Part shown: piece after piece, positions 1-9,235 of the stretch
Position numbering within the stretch: position 1 is the stretch's first letter
How the letters are laid out: every line of letters starts with the position of its first letter
Virus record (IMG/VR): IMGVR_UViG_3300008448_007388
Location: 1 to 27,270 of that record
Reading direction: 5' to 3' (one strand)
DNA: 27,270 nucleotides
Source of the DNA: a virus
Lineage: Duplodnaviria > Caudoviricetes
Notes under the pieces: generated by a model
Databases searched by the model: none
Told to the model about the DNA's origin: nothing
What the model saw: the letters and a program-made list of their open reading frames with translations, nothing else
Made by a program: the position numbers and the translations under genes

Positions 1-232
1 GTAAAGATTCTACTCCCTGATCCTCTAATCCAAAACAAGGTTCGCATTCAGGAGGTCGTTCTCCGTTAGTTACTTGTTTTCGTATCCTACGCATATTGTC
101 ATTGTTCCATATTTCTTCTAGTGTATTCTTAGTGATATCACCAATGGGATGACTGCGGCAGCATACTTGAATGGCTCCGTCTTCTCTAGTGGCCAACCCG
201 GTAAACGGGTGCATACAAAAGGTATTACTCAT
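1..232 (-). CDS. N-terminal twitch/SPASM-domain radical SAM protein (5' part only; runs off the window; not in the ORF track)
   Basis: ATG at 232-230 overlaps the TGA of the upstream gene (ATGA). Manual translation is open to the edge: MSNTFCMHPFTGLATREDGAIQVCCRSHPIGDITKNTLEEIWNNDNMRRIRKQVTNGERPPECEPCFGLEDQGVESL. The FCxxPF...DG...CC...IG...LEEIWN...R...CxxC pattern is a SPASM/twitch Fe-S domain. The radical SAM core would lie outside the window. Confidence 0.8.
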   Translation of the reverse strand, partial: MSNTFCMHPFTGLATREDGAIQVCCRSHPIGDITKNTLEEIWNNDNMRRIRKQVTNGERPPECEPCFGLEDQGVESL

Positions 233-1032
233 AGTCTAGATATAGGAGGACGGTATGGTTTATTTGAATAATCCCAAGACAATGCATATTTTCTAGCCTT
301 ATCACTTAATGTATTATTTGGCCATAGCCAATCTAAAAACTGTAATGCTTCCATTGGCGTAGGATGTAGATCATTATCAGGAGCTATTCTATGATTTATG
401 CACTCAACTTCAAACCATTTGTACATAGCATCCACGTTAGTAAATACATCTTGGTATAATTTAATTACATCTCGGTCATCAAAAAAATCAGCAATAGAAC
501 CACCTAGATAGATTTCTTTACTTTTTTCTCTCCAAAGTCTAAGTAAAGATTCTTTGTCATTAGATGTTTGTCTCAAGTGAGAACTGTTAAACAATTCATG
601 CCATGTAAAATTCACCCAATCACAATCTTTGTTTTTCATTATATCTTGAATCGCTTTCATATATGCCATGTCACGTACTAAGAATCCGCGGAAATCTACT
701 CCAAATCTCATGACCCATTCTTTGCCATATGTTTTTTCTTGGGTAGTGTTAGTGTCATTCAACCATACATTATTATGATATCTATCTTCTCTTTCTTTGG
801 TACTCCAAAAAATGATTACTAAATCATCTTTATTGTAGTGATATCTAGCGTCTGCTTCTATAACGCTATTGAATATGAAATGATTGCCGGCGCCGGGCAT
901 TGCCCAGTTTTGATAAAATTCAATATCTTGTCCAATTATATCAGCCCAAGTAGGCCATTTATAATTAGTAAAGCTACATCCAAAGGCAAAAAATCTCTTA
1001 TACTTTTTTGTATCAAGATTATGCATTCTCAT
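229..1032 (-). CDS. SGNH/GDSL-like hydrolase or acyltransferase-fold protein
   Basis: Block I-like FFAFGCSFT, block II-like NWAMPGAGN and C-terminal DxHP (NDLHPTP). Confidence 0.6.
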   Translation of the reverse strand: MRMHNLDTKKYKRFFAFGCSFTNYKWPTWADIIGQDIEFYQNWAMPGAGNHFIFNSVIEADARYHYNKDDLVIIFWSTKEREDRYHNNVWLNDTNTTQEKTYGKEWVMRFGVDFRGFLVRDMAYMKAIQDIMKNKDCDWVNFTWHELFNSSHLRQTSNDKESLLRLWREKSKEIYLGGSIADFFDDRDVIKLYQDVFTNVDAMYKWFEVECINHRIAPDNDLHPTPMEALQFLDWLWPNNTLSDKARKYALSWDYSNKPYRPPISRL

Positions 1033-1756
1033 TGATTGCCCATTCTCTTTCTTTACACCAAAAACATTCTCCGCAGACAGGGACCTGTTGTCCTAATTCA
1101 TATGTAGTATAATCTATTTCAGGGAACTCTCCCTCACAACTACGAGTGAGATTCAATAAACTATCTAACTGTAGTCTCTTATATTGTCTGATTACCCAAT
1201 CTTTTTCAATAAATCTAAAGGGGTGACTGACTACTTTGCCCATGTGCATAGTCAGTCTAAGATGTTGATTTGTTTCATCTGGTTCAACATCTCTTTTTGT
1301 CATACCCCCTAAGTCTACACTACGAGGATTATGAGTAACAGCATTAAAGTAAGCGTCAGCATTTTCATGGGTACAAATATATTCTGCAAAACTCTGTATC
1401 TCTATTATGTCTCCGGATACACTCTTTCCGTATTCATCAGTTAAGGTAGGGCCGGTATTTCCCCATTCTAATGCAGGGGGAATAAAGTTTTCATATCGTG
1501 TGAAATGTATGTTTTTAAAGTTATGAGACAAATACCTATACACATCTAAACTATTGTATTTTTGCCATGGTCTAGTCTTCCACATTCTAATATGACTCAG
1601 TATCAATATGTCTGTATTTAAGTTGTGTTCTGTTATGTAATTACATAACAAATACGTCAACAATGCACTATCTGCGCCGCCACTGACACTAACAGCAATG
1701 ATGTTCCAATCATGTTCAAATGGTATTTCTACCCCATCTACTATAAAATTATTCAT
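1019..1756 (-). CDS. QueC-like PP-loop ATP pyrophosphatase
   Basis: PP-loop VSVSGGADS near the N-terminus and C-terminal Zn-type motif TRSC...CGECFWCKER, as in the QueC family. Confidence 0.7.
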   Translation of the reverse strand: MNNFIVDGVEIPFEHDWNIIAVSVSGGADSALLTYLLCNYITEHNLNTDILILSHIRMWKTRPWQKYNSLDVYRYLSHNFKNIHFTRYENFIPPALEWGNTGPTLTDEYGKSVSGDIIEIQSFAEYICTHENADAYFNAVTHNPRSVDLGGMTKRDVEPDETNQHLRLTMHMGKVVSHPFRFIEKDWVIRQYKRLQLDSLLNLTRSCEGEFPEIDYTTYELGQQVPVCGECFWCKEREWAINENA

Positions 1757-2594
1757 TCTCTAAATACCTCAATAATGGGCTAACTCCAACAGGCTGATTA
1801 TCTTTTAATGCTAGATAGATACTGTTGGTTTCAGTTAAATTAAAATCTCTGCATACTCTACTATAGTTAATATTATGCTTCCACCATAGATAATCGGGTC
1901 TAACATTATCTATAAAGTATTTGGCAATGGTTATTAATGCACGATTATTCATATTAAAATCGTTCATTATTGTAACACTATCTTGGGTAGTTTGTCTACT
2001 ATATCTTAACCCAACACGATTCCAGCCTAGACCAAGACCCTTGCTAAGGCTAATGCCAACAGACTTGATGCATGGATGGCTAAAATCAAAAACAATATTA
2101 CGACAACAAGTAATCCAGGCCCCGTCGATGTGAACCGGGATATCTTTTTTAGAACATTCATATAAAATTTCCTCCATGTGTATGTGTATATTCCCCGTAC
2201 TAGGGAAGGGCATTGCTATTATTAATGGGACATTAGGTATTAAACTACCAACATCTTTAACACTACTTAACCCTAGACGATTATGATATCTATAATCACC
2301 GGTAATAGTCTGTACTAGGCTCTGCATATAGAGATTATCTATATACTGCGTACAGCCTATGATAATATCTTTACGGTTAAACTTATCTAATCCAGTTAGT
2401 GTATTTATTTGGGTGCTTTCAATATATTTACTACATTCAACTATAAAGTCACTATATTCAATATACTCGGATTTAAACTGCCCACTCAGTACATTATTGG
2501 TTAATAATTCTAAGTAACTGTCAGTTAAGGGTTGTGGTCTTTCAGTTTCTAAGTATTCACTAGTGTATTCTTTAGCCACCTTAATTCTATTCAT
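1749..2594 (-). CDS. PLP-dependent fold-type I enzyme (aminotransferase/aldolase/decarboxylase-like); start revised to ATG at 2594 (MNRIKV...)
   Basis: VHIDGAW (PLP-binding Asp) and SLSKGLG (Schiff-base Lys) followed by RVG. The revised start has a TAAATA box 5 nt upstream and removes the head-to-head overlap with the 2635 gene. Confidence 0.7.
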   Translation of the reverse strand: MNRIKVAKEYTSEYLETERPQPLTDSYLELLTNNVLSGQFKSEYIEYSDFIVECSKYIESTQINTLTGLDKFNRKDIIIGCTQYIDNLYMQSLVQTITGDYRYHNRLGLSSVKDVGSLIPNVPLIIAMPFPSTGNIHIHMEEILYECSKKDIPVHIDGAWITCCRNIVFDFSHPCIKSVGISLSKGLGLGWNRVGLRYSRQTTQDSVTIMNDFNMNNRALITIAKYFIDNVRPDYLWWKHNINYSRVCRDFNLTETNSIYLALKDNQPVGVSPLLRYLENE

Positions 2595-2599
2595 ATTAA

Positions 2600-2605
2600 T
2601 ATTTA
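2600..2605 (-). promoter_or_regulatory. T4 late-promoter-like box (TAAATA)
   Basis: Minus strand reads ctTAAATA-ttaat-ATG(2594). Confidence 0.6.
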
Positions 2606-2623
2606 AGACATAAACCCTATAAC

Positions 2624-2629
2624 TAAATA
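2624..2629 (+). promoter_or_regulatory. T4 late-promoter-like box (TAAATA)
   Basis: acTAAATA-tttta-ATG(2635). Confidence 0.6.
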
Positions 2630-2634
2630 TTTTA

Positions 2635-3306
2635 ATGCTATTGCCTACCACTTATAGTATCACCAAATCTCAGTTAGAACTTGCAAAAAATACAGATTTT
2701 GGGGACACATTCAAATCAACTATAAACAAACCCACTGGGAATTTCTTCTATGACCCGTGGATTATCGGTGATGAATATAAGGACACAGTTTGGAACGATA
2801 TATTAAACACACTACCCGTTAGTAAAGGTGAGGCTAGGGTTATATTACTTAGGCCTGGGCAATGCTATCAAAGTCATAGTGATATTGACGATAGATATCA
2901 TCTGAACATTAATGGAGATTTCAATTACTTAATAGACTTAGATAGTGAAATCATGTACCGTAACAATAATGACTGTAAATGGTATGATTTAGATACTAGT
3001 AGTAGACATACTGCAATGAACGTGGGTGAGACTGTTAGAGTGCAATTAGTTGTGCGTAAACTGTTACTGAATAATGTATTGAATGAATTTGTCAAAGTTA
3101 AACTATCATCTATAACATTAAGTCCGGACGATGCACGATACAAGTTTGATGATGTTATTAGTGGGTGGTTAAATCGTGCAAACAAAACAGGTATTATCAA
3201 CGAGTTTAATCCCTCATTAACACATGTGACATTTAACATAGAAAAAAGTTGTTTAATTGAATTAGAAAAGATTATGCCTACAGAGTTTAGTTTGGAACTA
3301 ATATGA
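2635..3306 (+). CDS. Aspartyl/asparaginyl beta-hydroxylase-like Fe(II)/2OG oxygenase with extra C-terminal domain
   Basis: RVILLRPG...HSD..DRYHLNI...HTAMNVGETVRVQL gives the HxD...H triad and the 2OG-binding Arg. Confidence 0.75.
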   Translation: MLLPTTYSITKSQLELAKNTDFGDTFKSTINKPTGNFFYDPWIIGDEYKDTVWNDILNTLPVSKGEARVILLRPGQCYQSHSDIDDRYHLNINGDFNYLIDLDSEIMYRNNNDCKWYDLDTSSRHTAMNVGETVRVQLVVRKLLLNNVLNEFVKVKLSSITLSPDDARYKFDDVISGWLNRANKTGIINEFNPSLTHVTFNIEKSCLIELEKIMPTEFSLELI

Positions 3307-3992
3307 TAGATATCTCTAAATGGCGACATTTATATAAGTTTAACTATGAAAGCGGATTAATTGGTGCCACTAACATGTTGTATACCCCGTATGTTAGCCA
3401 TGATGGGAAAACACTATGCATGTGGTATGACGAAAAAAATCCCTATCAAGCAGAGAATAGAGAACTTAGTAAAGAGTTAGTAGATTTCTTTTATCAACGT
3501 GAATTAAAGTATTTGTCATTATTGCAATCGTATTCTTGGGCCCCAAAAATAATAGATATAGAAGAAGAACATAATAAAATATACATAGAGTTTAACAATG
3601 AAACTTTAAATCATATAACTATGGATTCAAATAGAGATATTAATAAAGAGTTGCCCAATTGGAAAAAACAGATATTCTCTATCTTATCTGATATTGACCA
3701 TGCAGGGTACTACAAGTTAGCACTATACCCACATTGCTTTTTTGTCGGTGATGATAATGAATTAAAGACTATGGATTACTACAGTGTAGTGGAAAAAGAT
3801 AACTGTTGTATAGAACGTAGTAAAATTGAAGGTATTATTGGTTCTGAAAGTACCGGACGATTTGACGATTCTACTGTAGGAGAAATGATTGATTTTGAAA
3901 TATTTTTTAAAACAACCATGATGGAACATTTAGGACAGCGTTGGGCTGACAACCCCTTCCCAGAATTTTATAATAGATTATATGCAAAATAA
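3303..3992 (+). CDS. Protein-kinase-like fold protein with non-canonical catalytic motifs (paralogue of 12815..13504)
   Basis: alphaC-like YQRELKYL, APKIIDI..KIYIEF hinge, YKLALYPHCFF at the catalytic-loop position and LKTMDYY at the DFG position. Confidence 0.55.
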   Translation: MIDISKWRHLYKFNYESGLIGATNMLYTPYVSHDGKTLCMWYDEKNPYQAENRELSKELVDFFYQRELKYLSLLQSYSWAPKIIDIEEEHNKIYIEFNNETLNHITMDSNRDINKELPNWKKQIFSILSDIDHAGYYKLALYPHCFFVGDDNELKTMDYYSVVEKDNCCIERSKIEGIIGSESTGRFDDSTVGEMIDFEIFFKTTMMEHLGQRWADNPFPEFYNRLYAK

Positions 3993-4572
3993 CTCAGCAC
4001 ACTTTGACAAAAGACTATTAGCATTAGAAAGTTCTATTTTTCTAAGTACCTATAGAAGAATTAACTGGAATGAAGTAATTGTATCTTTGCTAGAAAAAGA
4101 AGGGAGTGCCGTTACAACTGATCCATCTAGATGGAACACGGACACCACAGGCTATAACGAAATATATGCAATGTGGAAGAATGCAAACTTCAACAGTGAT
4201 AGTATTAAATGGATTAATTATTATCCCAGAGTGCATTTTGATCAGAGCCTAGTAGATGATATAGCAGATTATTTAAATGTAAATGTACACAGAGCATGGA
4301 TTAGCAGAATTGATCCAGGCTATTTTGCACCAAAACATTGGGACGTAGATGATAACGAGAACGAATACTTACTAAAGGGTGATATATCTAGATATAGCAT
4401 TCTAATGGGGGACCCAACACATGGGCACATCTTTATACTAGGGGATGACTATCTATTCAATTGTCCAAAAGGCTCTATTTTTAAGTGGAATAATCATCGT
4501 GATTGGCATAGTGGCATTAATGCAGGAATGGTGCCTAAATTCATGTTTCACTTAATAGCATACAATAAATAA
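3982..4572 (+). CDS. Fe(II)/2OG oxygenase-fold protein (paralogue of 5117..5638 and 6231..6743)
   Basis: IDPGYFAPKHWD...GHIF...WHSGINAGMVPK: HxD...H triad. Confidence 0.7.
   Translation: MQNNSAHFDKRLLALESSIFLSTYRRINWNEVIVSLLEKEGSAVTTDPSRWNTDTTGYNEIYAMWKNANFNSDSIKWINYYPRVHFDQSLVDDIADYLNVNVHRAWISRIDPGYFAPKHWDVDDNENEYLLKGDISRYSILMGDPTHGHIFILGDDYLFNCPKGSIFKWNNHRDWHSGINAGMVPKFMFHLIAYNK
4566..4571 (+). promoter_or_regulatory. T4 late-promoter-like box overlapping the upstream stop codon
   Basis: aaTAAATA-aatt-ATG(4576), the same spacing as at the divergent junctions. Confidence 0.5.
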
Positions 4573-4575
4573 ATT

Positions 4576-5130
4576 ATGTTTTACAAATTAGATATTCAAA
4601 TAGATACAGATAGAGCAAAAAAATATTATGCTGATTTGGAAGAAAAGTATCAGCATTTAAAATGGGAAGCTACTTTAGGCAAGAGAACTATATATGGATG
4701 GTCTATCCATATTTTAAATGGTTTTTTGCCCCCGTTTGGATTTTATGACAAAAATACTGAGCCTTTAGGTGTAGAGAATTACTATAAATCAGAAATTCAT
4801 TTTGATTGGGCGCAAGACATACTAAACATTATTCCCTATGGTTACAGGGCCGGCGTTGGGGTAAGTCCGGCCGGTACTATAGTACCCAAACACATTGATG
4901 AAAATTGGCGTGATATGATGAGATTACATATTCCTATTATTACTAATAAAGATTATGTATGGCATACTCATCTAGGTGAACTACATATGGCAGAAGGCAG
5001 TGTATATTTAGTTGATACTTCTTTTGAGCATTCTACTATAAACAACGGAGCTGAACCTAGGGTTCATTTTGGAATGAACGTACCTAGATCAATGTGTCAT
5101 TTATTGTGTCCTGAACTTAGTCATGCATAG
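4576..5130 (+). CDS. Aspartyl/asparaginyl beta-hydroxylase-like Fe(II)/2OG oxygenase
   Basis: PAGTIVPKHID...RLHIPIITN...YLVDTSFEHSTINNGAEPRVH, a typical AspH-family signature. Confidence 0.85.
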   Translation: MFYKLDIQIDTDRAKKYYADLEEKYQHLKWEATLGKRTIYGWSIHILNGFLPPFGFYDKNTEPLGVENYYKSEIHFDWAQDILNIIPYGYRAGVGVSPAGTIVPKHIDENWRDMMRLHIPIITNKDYVWHTHLGELHMAEGSVYLVDTSFEHSTINNGAEPRVHFGMNVPRSMCHLLCPELSHA

Positions 5131-5638
5131 TAATTTGTAAAGTGTATCTAGTATTATAACCAATATTAACACATCCATGAACAATCATAGGGTCACTCCA
5201 TTCATATAAATCACCGGCTTTATAATTAGATATCATTTGGTCATCCCAAACAAATATATGGCCAGGCTCAAAATCTTGTAAGTACATAGTATAGCGTACT
5301 GGATTTTTAACTTCTACTAGATGAGGATCAATATGCATCGCTTGCATTTGTCCTGGATTTAGTTTAACAAACCACCAGAATACATATTTTCTACTATCAG
5401 GCAATTCAGGCAATTCAACATCAAAATTAAACATATCTTTACTATTCTTATTAAACTGTTGAAAGTCGTGATTTTTATTACTATAACCGGGTCGTGCTTT
5501 TTCTTTGTATTCTTCTAATAAAGGATGTCCAGACCATCGTTCGGGTTGCCATACATAAGCTGTATCTCCCTCATGTGCCTTAAGATGATTCATTAAATCA
5601 TCTGTGATCCAATACGAATAATTATCTATATATCTCAT
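5117..5638 (-). CDS. Fe(II)/2OG oxygenase-fold protein
   Basis: KLNPGQMQAMHID...EPGHIF...HGCVNIGYNTRYTLQIT. Confidence 0.75.
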   Translation of the reverse strand: MRYIDNYSYWITDDLMNHLKAHEGDTAYVWQPERWSGHPLLEEYKEKARPGYSNKNHDFQQFNKNSKDMFNFDVELPELPDSRKYVFWWFVKLNPGQMQAMHIDPHLVEVKNPVRYTMYLQDFEPGHIFVWDDQMISNYKAGDLYEWSDPMIVHGCVNIGYNTRYTLQITMHD

Positions 5639-6234
5639 ACAGTTGCAACCAAATTACTCATATAATCTAAGTATTGGTAAGGACTACTTATTTCTATGTG
5701 TACTAAGTCAGTTGTTCCGTCATTTCGCAACTCAGACAATGAATCCATAGTGTTTAATAAAATAGTTCCCGGGACCAATGGTACTCTCACCCCCGGGTTA
5801 TAGTGAGTTATTAAATATGCGTCCGGATTACTAATGATAGGAATGTAAATTCTAAAATGTTTAGGGGGTGTAGGGAACCATGGTCCAAGATAATTTCCAC
5901 TTGGATATACAAATAAAAAAGTTCTAAACGGATCTTTTACTAAGTTCATTATTCTTTTTACAAATCCAAAAGCTAGCACAGTATCATTAAAATACACAGG
6001 GCCCTCGTTATGTGGATCTAAATCACAATGATATTTGAAGTCTATGTCTTTGTAAATGGTTTGTATCCCCCAACCATACATCTTATCTAATTTGTTTTTA
6101 GGGTCTATAACTGAAGGTTCATTGTGGTCTTTAGTATACATCCATTTCTTAGATTGGTGTTCATTAGTTAGTGTTGTGTAGTATTCTACCGCTTCAATTG
6201 GGTCATATTTTAAATTAATAAGTGGAACTATCAT
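5635..6234 (-). CDS. AspH-like protein lacking the iron ligands (degenerate paralogue of 4576..5130)
   Basis: Aligns by eye with the 4576 protein (KW...YGWxI...RIYIPIISN...NDGTTDLVH), but HID is replaced by WFP and the distal His and Arg are missing. Confidence 0.6.
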   Translation of the reverse strand: MIVPLINLKYDPIEAVEYYTTLTNEHQSKKWMYTKDHNEPSVIDPKNKLDKMYGWGIQTIYKDIDFKYHCDLDPHNEGPVYFNDTVLAFGFVKRIMNLVKDPFRTFLFVYPSGNYLGPWFPTPPKHFRIYIPIISNPDAYLITHYNPGVRVPLVPGTILLNTMDSLSELRNDGTTDLVHIEISSPYQYLDYMSNLVATV

Positions 6235-6743
6235 AATCTTTGTACATAGGTTGAAAAATGAAATGTGAGTCTAGTATTATTACCTATATTACAAGCACAA
6301 TGGATTGCTTGACTGTCAGGGTAACAATAAATATCACCTTTTTTGTAATCGACTAACGCTTGATTTTCATACATGAAAATATGACCCGGTTCCCAATCTT
6401 GCAAAGCCATCCAATATCTTTTGCAATCATATATATTAGGATCTTGTGTATGAGGATCTCTGTGTATAGGCATAAAGTTTCCAGGATTCATTTTAATACC
6501 CCACCATAATGAATCGATTCCATTGTTAATTTCAAACGGTAAACTTACGTTAAACGGGAAAGTATCCGGTTCATAAATGTACCAATATGTTTGACTAAGG
6601 TCGTAACCGTGTTCCTTTGCTTTTCTAAATTCTTCTGAGTCCGGATTCCGACCGCCTCCTGGCCTAGGTGTGCCGTCGTTGGCTAGCAGGTAATCTGTGT
6701 ATTCTTGTTTTATCCAAGTTTTGTAATTCCCAATGTAAATCAT
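6231..6743 (-). CDS. Fe(II)/2OG oxygenase-fold protein
   Basis: KMNPGNFMPIHRD...EPGHIF...HCACNIGNNTRLTF. N-terminus MIYIGNYKTWI parallels MRYIDNYSYWI of 5117..5638. Confidence 0.75.
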   Translation of the reverse strand: MIYIGNYKTWIKQEYTDYLLANDGTPRPGGGRNPDSEEFRKAKEHGYDLSQTYWYIYEPDTFPFNVSLPFEINNGIDSLWWGIKMNPGNFMPIHRDPHTQDPNIYDCKRYWMALQDWEPGHIFMYENQALVDYKKGDIYCYPDSQAIHCACNIGNNTRLTFHFSTYVQRL

Positions 6744-7366
6744 ATTAAATCCTGATAGTTGAAAACATGGGCCGGTGTTTCGTATATACCATCTTCTCTA
6801 AAACGAATAATAAAAACTAATCTAGTTTTGTCACTTTTATTTTCAACGTTGTGATAAATGTCTGATTTGATTAGAGTAATATCAGTCAGGGTGGTTGATC
6901 CGATAGGATCAACCTTAACATTGTCTTTCACAAATGAGATATAAAAATTATACGGTGGTTCTGGTCTTACCCTGTTCACTATTCGTTCATCTTCATCACT
7001 AACATCATCATTTTGATACCAATAATTGACTGTATTTTCTGTGTTAGCGATAGGTATAACCATAACCCATTGATTTGCCCTTAGTCGATTACTGGGTACA
7101 TTCTCATTGTTTGTTTTAAGCCCATCTATATGAAGTTTTAGATTAGTGCAGCCGGGTAAAAAACAAGTACTGGTTTCTACTATCTCTGTAAGCACACGCG
7201 GCATTATAAAACTTTTAAGTAACGGAAACTTATCAAAATCCATTTGTACGAAATATTCATGTACAGCCTCCGGCTGTAATAATTCAGGATGATTATCAAA
7301 AAATGTTAATACTTCATTTTGAATTTGTGGTAAGATAGGAACATTGATTTTTTGATACAAGTACAT
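6740..7366 (-). CDS. Fe(II)/2OG oxygenase-fold protein
   Basis: LHIDG...VIPI...YHNVENKSDKTRLVFIIRF. Confidence 0.7.
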   Translation of the reverse strand: MYLYQKINVPILPQIQNEVLTFFDNHPELLQPEAVHEYFVQMDFDKFPLLKSFIMPRVLTEIVETSTCFLPGCTNLKLHIDGLKTNNENVPSNRLRANQWVMVIPIANTENTVNYWYQNDDVSDEDERIVNRVRPEPPYNFYISFVKDNVKVDPIGSTTLTDITLIKSDIYHNVENKSDKTRLVFIIRFREDGIYETPAHVFNYQDLI

Positions 7367-8172
7367 TAATAAGTCTCCAAATGGCTAATACACAGTTTCT
7401 TTCTAAAATCTTCAGTAAACTTGCCATCAATACGCAAGCTATAACTCTGTTCCATTATCTTTTCTCCACCGTGCCAGTCGTTGTCATTCCACCATGCTGC
7501 TCTGGTGTTTAGATATATCTTGTTTTTATGTTCGGGATCCCATATATAAAAGGCTTTTTTAGTGTTAGGACGTATATGTATAAATTCGTTACGATGTGGC
7601 CCATGATTATTAATGCCGTTCTTAGCATCTAAATCTCTATGCTCAAAGGGTATTCCGTCTGCTTCACAATGAAAGAATATAACACGGCCTATATGTTCAA
7701 AGATATTGTTTGTAATCATATCTTCAACCCATTTAACTGTGCCTGGAAAATACTGTGCTTCTTCTGTTAGTTTACGTGGTGCAGTACGATCATCCCATGA
7801 CCCTTCTTCCCATAAGAAATAATATATATAAGGGTCATAAGCGCCCATAGCCATTTTAAGATAGCGAGTAAACTTATTACGTTGTTTATAGTTAGTAAAG
7901 TCTTTGAACAAATCTATCCCACCCTGATATATAGGGTCATCTTTGTGTAGTTCCATAAACTCTTCCATAGCTTGATAGATGGGCTTCCAGTTATGTTTAT
8001 AACTCATTTGCTCAAATGTAAAGCCTGGCTTCATCCAAGTACCTTCTTTAGCAAACTCACGTGCTTCTGCAAACCCACGGATAATTTCAGGTTGCAGTCT
8101 GTCAAACTCTGACATATCTACATATGATTCCATATCAAAGTATGGATTGTTATTAATTCCTAATATGGCCAT
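7366..8172 (-). CDS. Fe(II)/2OG oxygenase-fold protein with long N-terminal extension
   Basis: GRVIFF...EHRD...DWHGG...SLRIDG: HxD...H with jelly-roll-type spacing. Confidence 0.55.
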   Translation of the reverse strand: MAILGINNNPYFDMESYVDMSEFDRLQPEIIRGFAEAREFAKEGTWMKPGFTFEQMSYKHNWKPIYQAMEEFMELHKDDPIYQGGIDLFKDFTNYKQRNKFTRYLKMAMGAYDPYIYYFLWEEGSWDDRTAPRKLTEEAQYFPGTVKWVEDMITNNIFEHIGRVIFFHCEADGIPFEHRDLDAKNGINNHGPHRNEFIHIRPNTKKAFYIWDPEHKNKIYLNTRAAWWNDNDWHGGEKIMEQSYSLRIDGKFTEDFRKKLCISHLETY

Positions 8173-9211
8173 AATTCTCTATATATTCTTTAGGGATAGT
8201 ATCGTATAACATCATCTTTTTATTAATCATAGCATCACGTAATATAACTTGATGCACTAGTGGACTAGGTGGTTTTCCTGGCAATATGTCAGCAATAGCT
8301 TCTGTTTGCACCTCACCCACATCAATAGTTTTTACATCTGGCCATTGAATAATTTTAACTGGTAGACCATTAATAATGGCTGCATAATGACTACGATTCC
8401 CATCGCCGGAATCGTGAGTAAATTCCCATCCTCTAGCATGAGATATAGCCTTTACTTCATTAACTAATTGACTCATATATATCTTAGGACCACCTGGATA
8501 GCGTCCTATATCAGCGCCGCAACGTATTCTGTATTGCTTACATATACTATTTCCAAACTCTTGTATTTCTTCTAAACAATACTCTAGTTGATCTAATGTC
8601 TCTAGGGTATAACTAACATTTTTAATGGGTAGTTTTAAATCAATGCAATTTTTAATACCTTCCATTTGTTTTTTACGAACAGTATGCCCTTGATAATCAG
8701 GATGATTCAATCCTACGGTCCAATGAACATGATTAAACTCTGTAAACTTTTCTGCATACTCGTAATTACTTAAGTACACTCCGTTAGTTAATACCATTAT
8801 ATTTCTATGTTTACGATTCATGTTGTTTATTGCACGAATTAGTTCAGGTAAATCTTTACGTGTTGTCGGTTCTGCACCCACTAATGCAACCGGAAACCCA
8901 TCATCTGGCCAGCTATTAATTAATGATAATAGATAGTCAATCGAAGGGTCCGATGATTTATTATCTGGTTCTTGATAGCAATGAGGACATGTTAAATTAC
9001 AACGATTAGTAATCTCTAAGAAATAGCTACCAAGCGTATGTCTTTCATACACATAGTCTATGTAAAAATTAGCATCAGGTTCAACTAAATGTTCAACATA
9101 TCCATGTACTGGGCATGTTTTCCCTAAATATATACTATCGTTGTGTACAAGTCTTGTTGCAGGCACATGCCTGTAACAATGCTCACATAATGATAAGGTT
9201 TCTTCTAGCAT
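8153..9211 (-). CDS. Radical SAM protein with MJ0619/Tes-type N-terminal metal-binding domain (paralogue 1)
   Basis: TLSLCEHC-x20-CPVHG, LEITNRCNLTCPHCY (CxxxCxxC), LVGAEPT and LTNG. Confidence 0.9.
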   Translation of the reverse strand: MLEETLSLCEHCYRHVPATRLVHNDSIYLGKTCPVHGYVEHLVEPDANFYIDYVYERHTLGSYFLEITNRCNLTCPHCYQEPDNKSSDPSIDYLLSLINSWPDDGFPVALVGAEPTTRKDLPELIRAINNMNRKHRNIMVLTNGVYLSNYEYAEKFTEFNHVHWTVGLNHPDYQGHTVRKKQMEGIKNCIDLKLPIKNVSYTLETLDQLEYCLEEIQEFGNSICKQYRIRCGADIGRYPGGPKIYMSQLVNEVKAISHARGWEFTHDSGDGNRSHYAAIINGLPVKIIQWPDVKTIDVGEVQTEAIADILPGKPPSPLVHQVILRDAMINKKMMLYDTIPKEYIENYGHIRN

Positions 9212-9235
9212 AATTATGTACTCAATATCTTAAAA

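Noticed and set aside
2595-2651. Longest-ORF starts at 2651, 17844, 17831, 19535 and 25958
   Set aside because: They create overlaps with neighbouring genes; internal ATGs fit promoter spacing or translational coupling better.
5128-5133. Possible TAG recoding: only 1 of 36 visible stops is TAG, and it is followed directly by TAA
   Set aside because: Genes are full length under the standard code with no TAG interruptions, and TAG is generally the rarest stop in AT-rich genomes.
5397-5417. 9-bp tandem duplication TCAGGCAAT encoding ELPELP
   Set aside because: Only two in-frame copies; trivial.
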